From an uncultured Bacilli bacterium (GTDB lineage Bacteria > Bacillota_I > Bacilli_A > RFN20 > CAG-826), in assembly GCA_944336335.1 (NCBI GenBank), contig CALVLC010000024.1, positions 1-55,925 of the forward strand: 55,925 nt of DNA. Reading direction: 5' to 3'. The translations under genes and the position numbers were made by a program. Shown in pieces: positions 41,214-50,670 of this stretch (positions within the stretch are counted from its first letter, which is position 1; every line of letters starts with the position of its first letter). The notes beneath the pieces were generated by a model. The model had not been told where the DNA came from, searched no databases, and was given only the letters and a program-made list of their open reading frames with translations.

Positions 41214-42343
41214 TATTTAATTGGCTTACGATAAAATCTTCCATAAACTTGATCCATTGGCATTACATTGATAAAAACATTTGGATCAACTTTACGACAT
41301 ATTCTTACAACTTTTTTTGCTTCCTTTTTTCTAACAGACATATAGATAACATAAAGTGGTTTTCCAGTATAACCACCTCTTGCATCTAAAACTGTACAAC
41401 CGTGTGGAATATTAGCTAATACAACGTTTGAAAGATTATAGTTACTAGTCATAATTTGTAATTCAACTTTTTTATTTTGAATATTTATTGTATCAACTAC
41501 AACTGTAACTAAAACCATGTAAAAAAGAGTAAATAAGAAAATAACAAGCGCAGATGGAGCAGCAACTTCACCCATTTCAGCAGCTGTAAAGGCAGGATCA
41601 AGTGGAATTGTACTTAAAATGCTATAAGTTGAAACAGTTATTAAATTAAAAAATGCTGACCATTTACCAATCTGGACACTCTTTTTTTCGCTGATATAAT
41701 AAGCGATGATATCGGTTCCACCAGCTGTTGATTCTATGTGATAAGCAAGAGCGCTAGCAATACCAGTACATAAACCACCAAAAAGAACACGACTTACAAT
41801 ATCTTGACCAAGTGCATATGTTACTTGATTAATAAAATCATTTGGACTTGAATTTGGCAAAATAATACCAAAAAGAGACGCTAAACCAACATTTAATAAA
41901 GAGTAGATAGCAAATCTTTTACCTACTTTGAAAAAAGCTAATAAAAAAAGTGGAATATTAATAGCAAGATATAAGCACCAATAAGTAACATCAAGAAGTA
42001 AATTATCCGTTAAATAAGTTCCACCACAAATTTTAATTATTGAAAGAATGACTTGACTAATTCCACTTGCCCCACAACTAGCCAAAGTTTTAATGTTTAA
42101 ACCTTCAACCATTTCTAAAGCACCTTCTTCAATAGCAGCAACTGCTGCATAATTAGGTTGAATAAAAGCTTTAAAGCCAAAGGCAAAAATAAAACTAGAA
42201 AGAGCTGTGACTAATAAACAATAAAAATTATCTAAAACATCCTTTTGGACAGGATGGTCAAACAAATAATCAATAACTTTTTTCTTAAACTTCTTGAAAT
42301 AATACATAAGAATTATATTAATAATTCTTATTAGAAAAGACAA
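41213..42343 (-). CDS. YitT family membrane protein
   Basis: NIPLFLLAF, TAGGTDII, GGYTG, VDPNVFI. True start is probably Met13. Confidence 0.9.
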   Translation of the reverse strand: MSFLIRIINIILMYYFKKFKKKVIDYLFDHPVQKDVLDNFYCLLVTALSSFIFAFGFKAFIQPNYAAVAAIEEGALEMVEGLNIKTLASCGASGISQVILSIIKICGGTYLTDNLLLDVTYWCLYLAINIPLFLLAFFKVGKRFAIYSLLNVGLASLFGIILPNSSPNDFINQVTYALGQDIVSRVLFGGLCTGIASALAYHIESTAGGTDIIAYYISEKKSVQIGKWSAFFNLITVSTYSILSTIPLDPAFTAAEMGEVAAPSALVIFLFTLFYMVLVTVVVDTINIQNKKVELQIMTSNYNLSNVVLANIPHGCTVLDARGGYTGKPLYVIYMSVRKKEAKKVVRICRKVDPNVFINVMPMDQVYGRFYRKPIK

Positions 42344-42662
42344 GAAATAACTTAAGTTTTTTTAGAATCTAAAAGTTATAAAATAATTCAGGAAATAAAT
42401 ATAAAAAACCTGCAAAACTCAAGTTTTTTTCTAAAAGTTGTAATTTTGTTCATAAAATTGCCAACACTAAAGCATTCTCCCCTAAAGTTGTTTTTAACTT
42501 TAAATTAGAAAAAACACACCGAGAAATTTCAAATAAACGAAAAAATTGTTCAACGTTTTTTGAAAAGTAAGGTAAAATACTATACGAACAATAATTTTAT
42601 TATTGTTAATAAAGCAGTTTAGTGATATTCTTTTTATTGCTTATTTGTTAGAGGTATATTAC

Positions 42663-43526
42663 ATGGGTAAATTTTTAAAAGTTATCGGAACACCTTTCAT
42701 TAAAATATGGACTTGGATCAAAGAAACCGCATGGGTCCAACCACTTCTTATTGTTGGTATTATCTTTGCAGTTATTTTCTCAATCCCTTCCATTACATCA
42801 TGGGTCCAAAGCTGGGATTTCGGCAGTGACTCATATACATTCTTAAAGAGCCAACAACTTTCTCTTGAAGGAATTACAGACAGTAAAAGAGAAGGCCAAG
42901 CATACAAATTCTTTGATGCTTTCGACGATGCTCAAGCAAATTGGTCCACAAGCAAAGATGAAGCTAGAAAAGCAATGGTAGATTATGTTGGCGATTCAAA
43001 CAAAATGGTTCTTTTCTTCGTTAATGAAAATGACGACGCTGAAACACTTAATGAAGCAACAAATTATCTTGTAAACGAATCATGGAGCAGAGTTACTTCT
43101 ATTGATAATAAAGCCCCTGCATTCAGATTTAAAACAATTTTTGCTGATCAAGTTGTTGAAGTTGATTCTAGCGATAAAACTTATCAAGATCACACTCCAT
43201 TCGACTACTTATTTACAAATTCACCTGCTTATTCAGACTTTGTTAACCAAGCTGCATCCGTAGCAACTACAAGTCCTTATTATAAAAATAAGGTTTCTAA
43301 GAACGAAGATATCTCAAGTATTGAAAGCAGCGCTGAAAATTTACCAGATCCATCAAATTATTCTTCTACAATTCCTTATTATGTAATTATTGACTTAACA
43401 GATGAAAATACAACTGATTATATAATTACGAATGTTTTCTTCTCATTAGAAGGCGAAAATAAATACGAAAGAGCTGACTTCTTAGCTCACGCTTGGACAA
43501 ATACAGAAGAATTTAAAATTGCTTAA
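42663..43526 (+). CDS. Hypothetical membrane-anchored protein
   Basis: ATG at 42663 behind AGAGG; WIKETAWVQPLLIVGIIFAVIFSIPSI anchor; followed by a terminator. Confidence 0.8.
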   Translation: MGKFLKVIGTPFIKIWTWIKETAWVQPLLIVGIIFAVIFSIPSITSWVQSWDFGSDSYTFLKSQQLSLEGITDSKREGQAYKFFDAFDDAQANWSTSKDEARKAMVDYVGDSNKMVLFFVNENDDAETLNEATNYLVNESWSRVTSIDNKAPAFRFKTIFADQVVEVDSSDKTYQDHTPFDYLFTNSPAYSDFVNQAASVATTSPYYKNKVSKNEDISSIESSAENLPDPSNYSSTIPYYVIIDLTDENTTDYIITNVFFSLEGENKYERADFLAHAWTNTEEFKIA

Positions 43527-43550
43527 TAAAATTACTCAAAATAAAATCTT

Positions 43551-43577
43551 AACAGCTGACTAAGTCAGCTGTTTTTT
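43551..43577 (+). terminator. Intrinsic terminator
   Basis: AACAGCTGAC-TAA-GTCAGCTGTT plus T run. Confidence 0.85.
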
Positions 43578-43629
43578 GTAATTAAAAAGCAGGTTTTAAA
43601 GACCTGCTTATAAATTGAATTAGTAAATA

Positions 43630-44121
43630 TTACTTCTTCTCCGTTTCTTTTTTCACTTTTGCGTAAGTTTCAAGAACAATTTTAGGAACGAGAGAAGAAA
43701 TATCAACTCCACTCTTATAAAGTTCATCTATTGATGAAGAAGAAATGAAAGAAAATTCTCGATGCGACATCAAAAAAACCATCTCAATTTCTTTATCAAT
43801 ATATTCATTAGCTGCTGAATATGCCCATTCATATTCAAAGTCACTAACAACACGTAAACCTCTGATCAAGACGCTTGCACCATGTTTTCTTGCATATTCA
43901 ATTGTTAAGCCATTATAAGAATCAACTTCAACATTTTTAAATGGTTTAACAACATCAACTAACATGTTGAGTCTATCTTCTTTAGAAAAACGACAACTTT
44001 TTTCTGGATTAATAGCAAGTAAAACAATAACTTTGTCAAAAAGTTTACTTGCTCTTTTAATAATGTCTAGATGACCATTTGTGATTGGGTCAAAACTGCC
44101 TGGATAAACTGCTATTTTCAT
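43630..44121 (-). CDS. coaD: Phosphopantetheine adenylyltransferase
   Basis: YPGSFDPITNGH, RGLR..DFEYE, ISSS. Confidence 0.97.
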   Translation of the reverse strand: MKIAVYPGSFDPITNGHLDIIKRASKLFDKVIVLLAINPEKSCRFSKEDRLNMLVDVVKPFKNVEVDSYNGLTIEYARKHGASVLIRGLRVVSDFEYEWAYSAANEYIDKEIEMVFLMSHREFSFISSSSIDELYKSGVDISSLVPKIVLETYAKVKKETEKK

Positions 44122-44663
44122 AAAATATTCCTTATAATATTAATTTTGCTTCTACCATATTTTAATATTTTAACCTGGTATTTTTCAATAAGAACAGGCG
44201 AAATATCATAGTCAGTTTCTGCGATAATTATGCCATTTTTTTGAATTACATCATATGATAAGACATCATTAATGAACGTTTCATCGATAATCATTTTATA
44301 AGGCGGATCAAGAAAAATAATATCAAATTTAATTCCTTTGTCATGACAATTTTTAAGTAAAATTTTGTAATCTAAATTAGAAATTTTAATATCACTAATA
44401 TCAAGTGATTTTAAATTTTCCAAAATAATTTTATAAGCATCTCTATTTTTATCATTAATATAAACTGGATTAGCTCCTCTAGAATAAGCTTCTATTCCGA
44501 TGCTCCCACTTCCACCAAATAAATCCAAAAACGAATAATTAAAAATATTTCCTAAAGAATTAAACATCCCTTCTTTACAAACATCTTTAGTAGAGCGAGT
44601 TATTTCTAAAGGAGGCTGCTTAAGTACTCGATGCAAGTATTTCCCACCACGTATTTTAATCAT
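44118..44663 (-). CDS. rsmD: 16S rRNA m2G966 methyltransferase
   Basis: LDLFGGSGSIGIEAYSRGA, DIIFLDPPY; adjacent to coaD. Confidence 0.94.
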   Translation of the reverse strand: MIKIRGGKYLHRVLKQPPLEITRSTKDVCKEGMFNSLGNIFNYSFLDLFGGSGSIGIEAYSRGANPVYINDKNRDAYKIILENLKSLDISDIKISNLDYKILLKNCHDKGIKFDIIFLDPPYKMIIDETFINDVLSYDVIQKNGIIIAETDYDISPVLIEKYQVKILKYGRSKINIIRNIL

Positions 44664-44998
44664 AATAAATCTCCAAACAGTTGATCTCTAATTTCTTTTA
44701 AATAAGAATTGAGTTTTGCAAGCTTTTTATTATAAATCCTAACTAATTCATGGCTATTCAAATTATAAATTGCTTCGCTCATAGCTTTCGAAACTTCCAT
44801 TACTTCTTTACTATTTTTATCAAAATGCTTAATCGCATCACCATATTTCATAATTGCAATATCTTTCTTATAACTTAAAATTTTGACTTCATCACTATCA
44901 TTAATTTCTTTTTCACTTAAAAGATATTCTTTATAAATTGATGTTTCTTTAATTTTCTCACTAAGTTTATTTATTAATTCTATTAATTCTAAATTCAT
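44660..44998 (-). CDS. YlbF/YmcA-like helical protein
   Basis: Size, helical pattern and ylbF-rsmD-coaD synteny as in Bacilli. Confidence 0.65.
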   Translation of the reverse strand: MNLELIELINKLSEKIKETSIYKEYLLSEKEINDSDEVKILSYKKDIAIMKYGDAIKHFDKNSKEVMEVSKAMSEAIYNLNSHELVRIYNKKLAKLNSYLKEIRDQLFGDLL

Positions 44999-45057
44999 CA
45001 AGATAAATTATAGCAAAAAACTTAATAAACATTAAAAATTGTGTTAATATTTTCGAC

Positions 45058-45609
45058 ATGGAAATATTTAAGATTGTAAAAGACAATAAACCAAGTTTAA
45101 GACAAAGATCAGAAAATGTTGAGTTCCCATTAGATCATAAAATCGAAGAAAAGCTTATGAACATGCTTGAGTATTTAAGACTCAGTCAAGATGAAGAATT
45201 TTTAGGAAAACATCATAATGTTAGAAGTGGCGTTGGTTTAGCGGCTCCTCAAATAGGTATAAATAAAAATATGCTTGCTATCTCTTTTATTAATGCAAAA
45301 GGTAAAAGAGAAGAATACGCTATGATTAATCCACGAATTGTTTCTGAATCAGTTAAAGAATGTTATCTAGAGAGTGGCGAAGGGTGCTTAAGTGTTGATA
45401 AACCACATGAAGGTTTTGTTTATCGTCACTACAAAGTTACAGTCAAAACATATGACTTATTAAAGAAAGAATTAGTCACTTATACTTTCACTGGCTATCC
45501 TGCAATCATCGTTCAGCACGAAATTGACCACTTAAAAGGTGTTTTATTTTACGACCACATAAATAAAGAAAGCCCTTTCATTAGAAAATCAGGCGCAATT
45601 TCAATTTAA
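45058..45609 (+). CDS. def: Peptide deformylase
   Basis: GVGLAAPQIG, EGCLS, QHEIDHL. Confidence 0.97.
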   Translation: MEIFKIVKDNKPSLRQRSENVEFPLDHKIEEKLMNMLEYLRLSQDEEFLGKHHNVRSGVGLAAPQIGINKNMLAISFINAKGKREEYAMINPRIVSESVKECYLESGEGCLSVDKPHEGFVYRHYKVTVKTYDLLKKELVTYTFTGYPAIIVQHEIDHLKGVLFYDHINKESPFIRKSGAISI

Positions 45610-45697
45610 CTATAGTTTTTTAATTTTTGTTTTATTATAATAAACTCGATTTTAAGAGATATTTTAACTATGTAAAAAAGGAGATAATTAAAACACG

Positions 45698-47380
45698 ATG
45701 TCTACTATATTTAATAATCCTATTAAAATTTATGCCTTAGGTGGTCTTGGCGAAGTTGGAAAAAACACTTACTGTATCGAAAGCGTAAACGATTTGATCA
45801 TTCTTGATGCAGGTGTTAAATTCCCTGAAGATGATTTAGTTGGTGTTGATTATGTTATTCCGAACTATCAACACTTAAAAGACAATCAAAACAAAATTCG
45901 CGCTTTATTTATTACTCACGGCCATGAAGACCACATTGGTGGTATTCCATTTTTAGTCAAATCAGTAAAAATTCCAGTTATCTATGCTCCTAAACTTGCT
46001 TGTGCTTTAATTAAACAAAAATTAGATGACCAAAAAATTAAAGAAAAAGTTAAACTTGTAGAATATGATGAAGATAGTGTAATTACAGCCGGCTGTTTCA
46101 AAGTTAGCTTTATCCGTGTTACTCACTCTATTCCAGATAGTTTTGGAATCTGTGTTGACACTCCAGAAGGTAGAATCGTTGATACTGGTGACTTCAAACT
46201 TGATTTAACCCCAGTTGGTCCTGATTTTGAATTACATAAAATGTCAAAACTTGGCGAAGAAGGCGTTGATTTATTACTTGCTGATTCAACAAACGCTGAA
46301 AAAGAAGGCTGGACACCAAGTGAAAAAAATGTTTTAGACTCTATCAATGAAATTTTTGATAAAGCCCCAAGCCGATTAATTATTTCGACTTTCTCGAGTA
46401 ATATCTCTCGTATTCAACAAATTGTGGACTGTACAATTAAACACAATCGTAAAATTGTTATTGTCGGTCGAAGCATGCTAAACACAGTTGATATTGCTTT
46501 AAGATTTGGCTACATCAAAATACCAAGTGCCATGATCAGAGACGTTGACACGATGGGAGATTTAAAAGAAAGCGAAACAGTTATTTTATGCACCGGTAGC
46601 CAAGGTGAGCCAATGGCTGCTTTAAGCAGAATTGCTAATGGCTCATTTAAAGGTTTACGAATTCTTCCTGGAGATACAGTTGTTTTCTCATCAAGCCCAA
46701 TTCCAGGAAACGGCGCCTCTATCGCTAAAATTGTTAACCAATTAACGAGACAAGGCGCAAATGTTATTACAAACTCTGTCTTTGCTGATTTGCACTCTTC
46801 TGGTCACCCTTCAAGACAAGAATTAAGAATGAATCTTAAACTTTATAACCCAAAATATTTCATGCCTGCTCATGGTGAATACCATATGCTCAAATTACAT
46901 GGGGACATTGCAAAATCCCTTGGCATCCCTCAAGAAAATATCTTTATTTTAGGAAATGGCGATACTTTACTTTTAAAAGATCACAAGATAGTTGATGGAG
47001 ATAGAGTCACTGCTGAAGATGTATTTATTGATGGCTATGATGTAAATGGTGTTTCAACTGCCGTTATTAGAGATAGAAAAATCTTACAAGACGATGGCAT
47101 GGTTAGTGTCATGCTTGTAATTGATTCAAAACAATCTAAATTAATGTGTAGTCCAAAAGTAGTTACTGTTGGCTTTGTAAGTTATGGTAAATACGAAGAT
47201 CATTTAACAAGACACGCTTCAACTTATCTTGAAGAAGCTTTAAATGAACTTTTTCAATCAAAGAAAGTTACTTTCAACGACATTAAAAATACAGTTAGAA
47301 GTGTTGTATCAAAATATTTCTTTAGAAAAACTCAAAGAAATCCAATGATCATTCCACTTGTTTTGAACAAGGTTGCTTAA
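45698..47380 (+). CDS. rnj: Ribonuclease J
   Basis: LGGLGEVGKN, THGHEDH, HSIPD, GSQGEP, HSSGH, PAHGE. Confidence 0.97.
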   Translation: MSTIFNNPIKIYALGGLGEVGKNTYCIESVNDLIILDAGVKFPEDDLVGVDYVIPNYQHLKDNQNKIRALFITHGHEDHIGGIPFLVKSVKIPVIYAPKLACALIKQKLDDQKIKEKVKLVEYDEDSVITAGCFKVSFIRVTHSIPDSFGICVDTPEGRIVDTGDFKLDLTPVGPDFELHKMSKLGEEGVDLLLADSTNAEKEGWTPSEKNVLDSINEIFDKAPSRLIISTFSSNISRIQQIVDCTIKHNRKIVIVGRSMLNTVDIALRFGYIKIPSAMIRDVDTMGDLKESETVILCTGSQGEPMAALSRIANGSFKGLRILPGDTVVFSSSPIPGNGASIAKIVNQLTRQGANVITNSVFADLHSSGHPSRQELRMNLKLYNPKYFMPAHGEYHMLKLHGDIAKSLGIPQENIFILGNGDTLLLKDHKIVDGDRVTAEDVFIDGYDVNGVSTAVIRDRKILQDDGMVSVMLVIDSKQSKLMCSPKVVTVGFVSYGKYEDHLTRHASTYLEEALNELFQSKKVTFNDIKNTVRSVVSKYFFRKTQRNPMIIPLVLNKVA

Positions 47381-47382
47381 TT

Positions 47383-47949
47383 ATGATTATCTTAGGATCA
47401 AGTTCGCCAAGAAGAATTGAATTATTAAAAACATTAACAAGCGACTTCAAAATTATGAAGCCGCTTTTTGATGAATCAACTCTTGATGCCCCTGCTTCAA
47501 CTTATGCTTTAGAAGAAGCTAAAAATAAGTATTTCTCAATCAAAAACCTTGCAAAACCTCAGGATTTTATTATTTGTTGTGACACAATTGTCGTTTTAGA
47601 CGATGTAATTTTTGGTAAACCGAAAGACGAAAAAGATGCATTTGAGATTTTGAAAAAATTAAGTGGCCGCACCCATAAAGTTATTTCTGGTTATGTTATC
47701 GGTTCACAATCTAAAGAAGAAATTATTGAAAAAATGATTATAACTGAAGTAACTTTTAATGAACTAACAGATGATCAAATTAACAGCTACATCAAAACCG
47801 AAAATGTATTTGATAAAGCTGGAAGTTATGCAATTCAAGATGATGAAAAGTATCACTTAATAAGCAAAATAAAAGGAAGCTTTTATAATGTTATGGGCTT
47901 CCCTTTAGAAGATATAAAGTTAGATTTAATTAGTCTTGGACTTATCTAA
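47383..47949 (+). CDS. maf: Maf-family nucleotide pyrophosphatase
   Basis: ILGSSSPRR, DTIV, KPKD, DKAGSYAIQ, NVMGFP. Confidence 0.95.
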   Translation: MIILGSSSPRRIELLKTLTSDFKIMKPLFDESTLDAPASTYALEEAKNKYFSIKNLAKPQDFIICCDTIVVLDDVIFGKPKDEKDAFEILKKLSGRTHKVISGYVIGSQSKEEIIEKMIITEVTFNELTDDQINSYIKTENVFDKAGSYAIQDDEKYHLISKIKGSFYNVMGFPLEDIKLDLISLGLI

Positions 47950-48336
47950 TATTTCAAGTAAAGGTTTTAGATTTTCTCCAACCAAAATTACTTTATCACT
48001 CATTTCTAAGATTCTTGAAACATAGAATCTTTTTATTTGCTCTTTATCAAACTTAGCATAATCTTTTAATTTAATTACAAGTCGAGATAATCCTTTTAAT
48101 TCGTAAAATTCAATATTATCTAGGCCGCCTAAAGATTCAATAAATTTGTCATCATTATGAATCTCGATTACTTGCTCTTCTTTTTTCTTTTGAATACCTT
48201 TTTTCTTTTTTGAGCTATAAAAATAAATAAAAAGAATGGCAATGAGTAAAACTAGCGCTACTGCAAAAACTGAAATAACAATAATTCCAGTTGTGTCTAA
48301 TAAAATTTTAGGAACGATCATAAATAAATGCCTCAT
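47926..48336 (-). CDS. Membrane-anchored PTS EIIB-like domain protein
   Basis: Single TM helix then LGGLDNI..SRLVIKLKD, resembling glucose-family EIIB. Start may be Met6. Confidence 0.65.
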   Translation of the reverse strand: MRHLFMIVPKILLDTTGIIVISVFAVALVLLIAILFIYFYSSKKKKGIQKKKEEQVIEIHNDDKFIESLGGLDNIEFYELKGLSRLVIKLKDYAKFDKEQIKRFYVSRILEMSDKVILVGENLKPLLEILDKSKTN

Positions 48337-49090
48337 GAGTTTTCTTAATATAATTATTACGCGTATTTTTTAATACACGTACTTTTTTATCACTTAATCT
48401 AATCACAATGTCATCGTGATAATTTTTAACAAAATCACTTTTTGAATCATAATAAATGAAGAATTCATTGTTTTTTATATTTTCAATTTTAATTACTTTA
48501 TCTTTTTGCAAAACAAAAGGTGATCTAATCGATTCATATGTGCGGTTTTGAATAGGCGCCTTTTCTACAAATTGAATCATCTCAATTTCATTGTCAACAA
48601 TAGCTCCGCCTAAAGATCTAGCCATTGCACTGCTTCCAATTGAGGTCGAAATTAAGCAGCCATCAGCTTTTAAGGTTTCTAAATAAGTATCATTAATGAA
48701 AACATCAAAAATTAAAGTATCGCCTTTACTTGATTCAACTCTAAACTCATTCAAAGCGTAACAAGTTTTTCCATCATATTTTGCTTCAAGTAAAGCAATT
48801 TCTTTTTCTTCGTGATGTGGACTTAATAAATCTAAAACAAATTCAGTTAGCTCTTTGTTAGTGTATTCGCAAAGATACCCAAGATTTCCAAAATTGATAT
48901 TTGCAAATAGAGGTCTAATTGAAAAATATTTTTGAATTGCCCTTAGAAAAGTTCCGTCTCCTCCTACTGAGACAACTAAGTCAGGATTTATTTCATCGTA
49001 AACTAATCCTTTTTGAAGTAATGAATCTTTAATGAAGTCAGCAACTTTTTTAACTCCATCTCCATCTCTTAATGAAATACAAAAACGCAT
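48308..49090 (-). CDS. nadK: NAD kinase
   Basis: GGDGTFL, GNLGYL, ALNE, DG..IST.IGSSA..SLGG. Confidence 0.93.
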   Translation of the reverse strand: MRFCISLRDGDGVKKVADFIKDSLLQKGLVYDEINPDLVVSVGGDGTFLRAIQKYFSIRPLFANINFGNLGYLCEYTNKELTEFVLDLLSPHHEEKEIALLEAKYDGKTCYALNEFRVESSKGDTLIFDVFINDTYLETLKADGCLISTSIGSSAMARSLGGAIVDNEIEMIQFVEKAPIQNRTYESIRSPFVLQKDKVIKIENIKNNEFFIYYDSKSDFVKNYHDDIVIRLSDKKVRVLKNTRNNYIKKTHEAFIYDRS

Positions 49091-49151
49091 TTAAATACCT
49101 TTTAAAACCTGCTTTTTTATTGTATCATATTTCAAAAGGAAGTAGAAAAAA

Positions 49152-49745
49152 ATGGCAACTAATATTGAAATTGAAGCTAAGGTTTTAATTAACAAGGACG
49201 AATATAATCGCATCGTTAGAAAATTACAAAAAAATATCTTAAAAGATAAAGTTCAAGTTAACTATTACATTGATACAAAGGACTTCCAACTCAAAAAGGC
49301 TGGCATTGGCTTAAGAGTTAGAGCTTTAAACAATGAATATGTCATGACTTTAAAAGTTCCAATGAGTGAAGGTTTACTTGAAAAGAACACAACTTTAAAA
49401 GATGAAGAATTCATTGCTTTAAATATTAAAGGTATCATCCCTGAAAACGATACAACTGAATTCGTTAGAATGCTCGGTTTTGAACCTAATGATATGAGCG
49501 TTGTAGCCAAATTAAAAACTCACCGTCTTGAAACAAACTATGGCGAAGAAGGTTATGAGTTCTCAATCGATGAAAATGAATATAACGGTATCACCGATTA
49601 TGAACTTGAAATGGCTGGCAACTCCTTACTAAAAGCCAGAACTCAACTTCAAAGAATTTGTAACGAAAACGGAATTGAGTACGAGGATAATCCAAGAAGC
49701 AAACAAACTCGTGCAATGGATTCCTTAACTGTTTCAAAAAAATAA
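49152..49745 (+). CDS. CYTH domain protein (YjbK-like)
   Basis: IEIEAK, NYYIDT, LRVR, TLKVP, DYELEM. Confidence 0.92.
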   Translation: MATNIEIEAKVLINKDEYNRIVRKLQKNILKDKVQVNYYIDTKDFQLKKAGIGLRVRALNNEYVMTLKVPMSEGLLEKNTTLKDEEFIALNIKGIIPENDTTEFVRMLGFEPNDMSVVAKLKTHRLETNYGEEGYEFSIDENEYNGITDYELEMAGNSLLKARTQLQRICNENGIEYEDNPRSKQTRAMDSLTVSKK

Positions 49746-49767
49746 CTCGCGATATGCGAGTTTTTTT
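49744..49767 (+). terminator. Intrinsic terminator
   Basis: AACTCGC-GATAT-GCGAGTT plus T run. Confidence 0.8.
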
Positions 49768-49788
49768 ATTGAAACAATTGCTTATTAA

Positions 49789-50247
49789 TTATTGTTTTTG
49801 CTGTTGTTGCTTTGCTAAAAATTCTTCAAAATCTTTCGCGTTTCTACAGTTTTCACAACCATCAAAATGTGGACAAGCTTTTGAAGCAATTCTCCTAGCA
49901 GCTGGTATAAAAGATCTAATTTCTTCAGCATTATAACCAACTTGAATTTTACTTGAATCAACAACTATCGGTCTTTTTAAAACACTTGGATTATGCTTAA
50001 TAAACTCAATAAGTTCATTAACAGACATATCATCAATTTTAACATTTCCACTTTTAATAATATTACTTCTTGTTGAAATAATATCTTCAGTGCCATTTTC
50101 TGTTTTAGACAAAATATCTTTAAGTTCTTCTGGGTTTAAAACACTGGAGAAAATATTCTTTTCTTTATAAGGTATATGTTGTTCATCAAACCACTTTTTA
50201 ACTTTTTTGCAACTTGAACAACTTGGTGAGGTATAGATTGTTATCAT
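49789..50247 (-). CDS. spx: Spx/MgsR family transcriptional regulator
   Basis: IYTSPSCSSCKK, ENGTEDIISTRS, LKRPI, VGYN.EEIR. Confidence 0.93.
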   Translation of the reverse strand: MITIYTSPSCSSCKKVKKWFDEQHIPYKEKNIFSSVLNPEELKDILSKTENGTEDIISTRSNIIKSGNVKIDDMSVNELIEFIKHNPSVLKRPIVVDSSKIQVGYNAEEIRSFIPAARRIASKACPHFDGCENCRNAKDFEEFLAKQQQQKQ

Positions 50248-50377
50248 GTTTATAGTTTACTCTTTTTGAGTCATTATTGATAGTTTTTTAGGAAGAAAAT
50301 GTCGAAATAATCATATTTTTAAGCTTTTTTGAAGAAAGTTCTTTTTTAAAGAATCAAACAAAGATTAAAATATATTT

Positions 50378-50665
50378 ATGAATTTTCAGAGCAACAAGAT
50401 TAATAAACTTAACATTAATGAAGCACTCAAATTACTAAAAAATCAATATGTATTAGTTTCATATAAAGATAACCAAAGATATGTTTTCCTTATTCAAGAA
50501 AACAAGGTATTAATAAAGACTGCAAACTTTAGTTTAGTATCATCAATCAATGATTTCGTTGATAATTTTAAAAACTTCAACTTTGGTTTAATCGAAAACC
50601 AAGACGAAGAAATTAATCTCGAAAAAGACTTGGACTACTACAAAAATATCCAAAAAAGACAATGA
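50378..50665 (+). CDS. Hypothetical protein
   Basis: 95-aa ORF filling the spx-GH3 gap with a -10 box 6 nt upstream. Confidence 0.65.
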   Translation: MNFQSNKINKLNINEALKLLKNQYVLVSYKDNQRYVFLIQENKVLIKTANFSLVSSINDFVDNFKNFNFGLIENQDEEINLEKDLDYYKNIQKRQ

Positions 50666-50670
50666 TTTAG

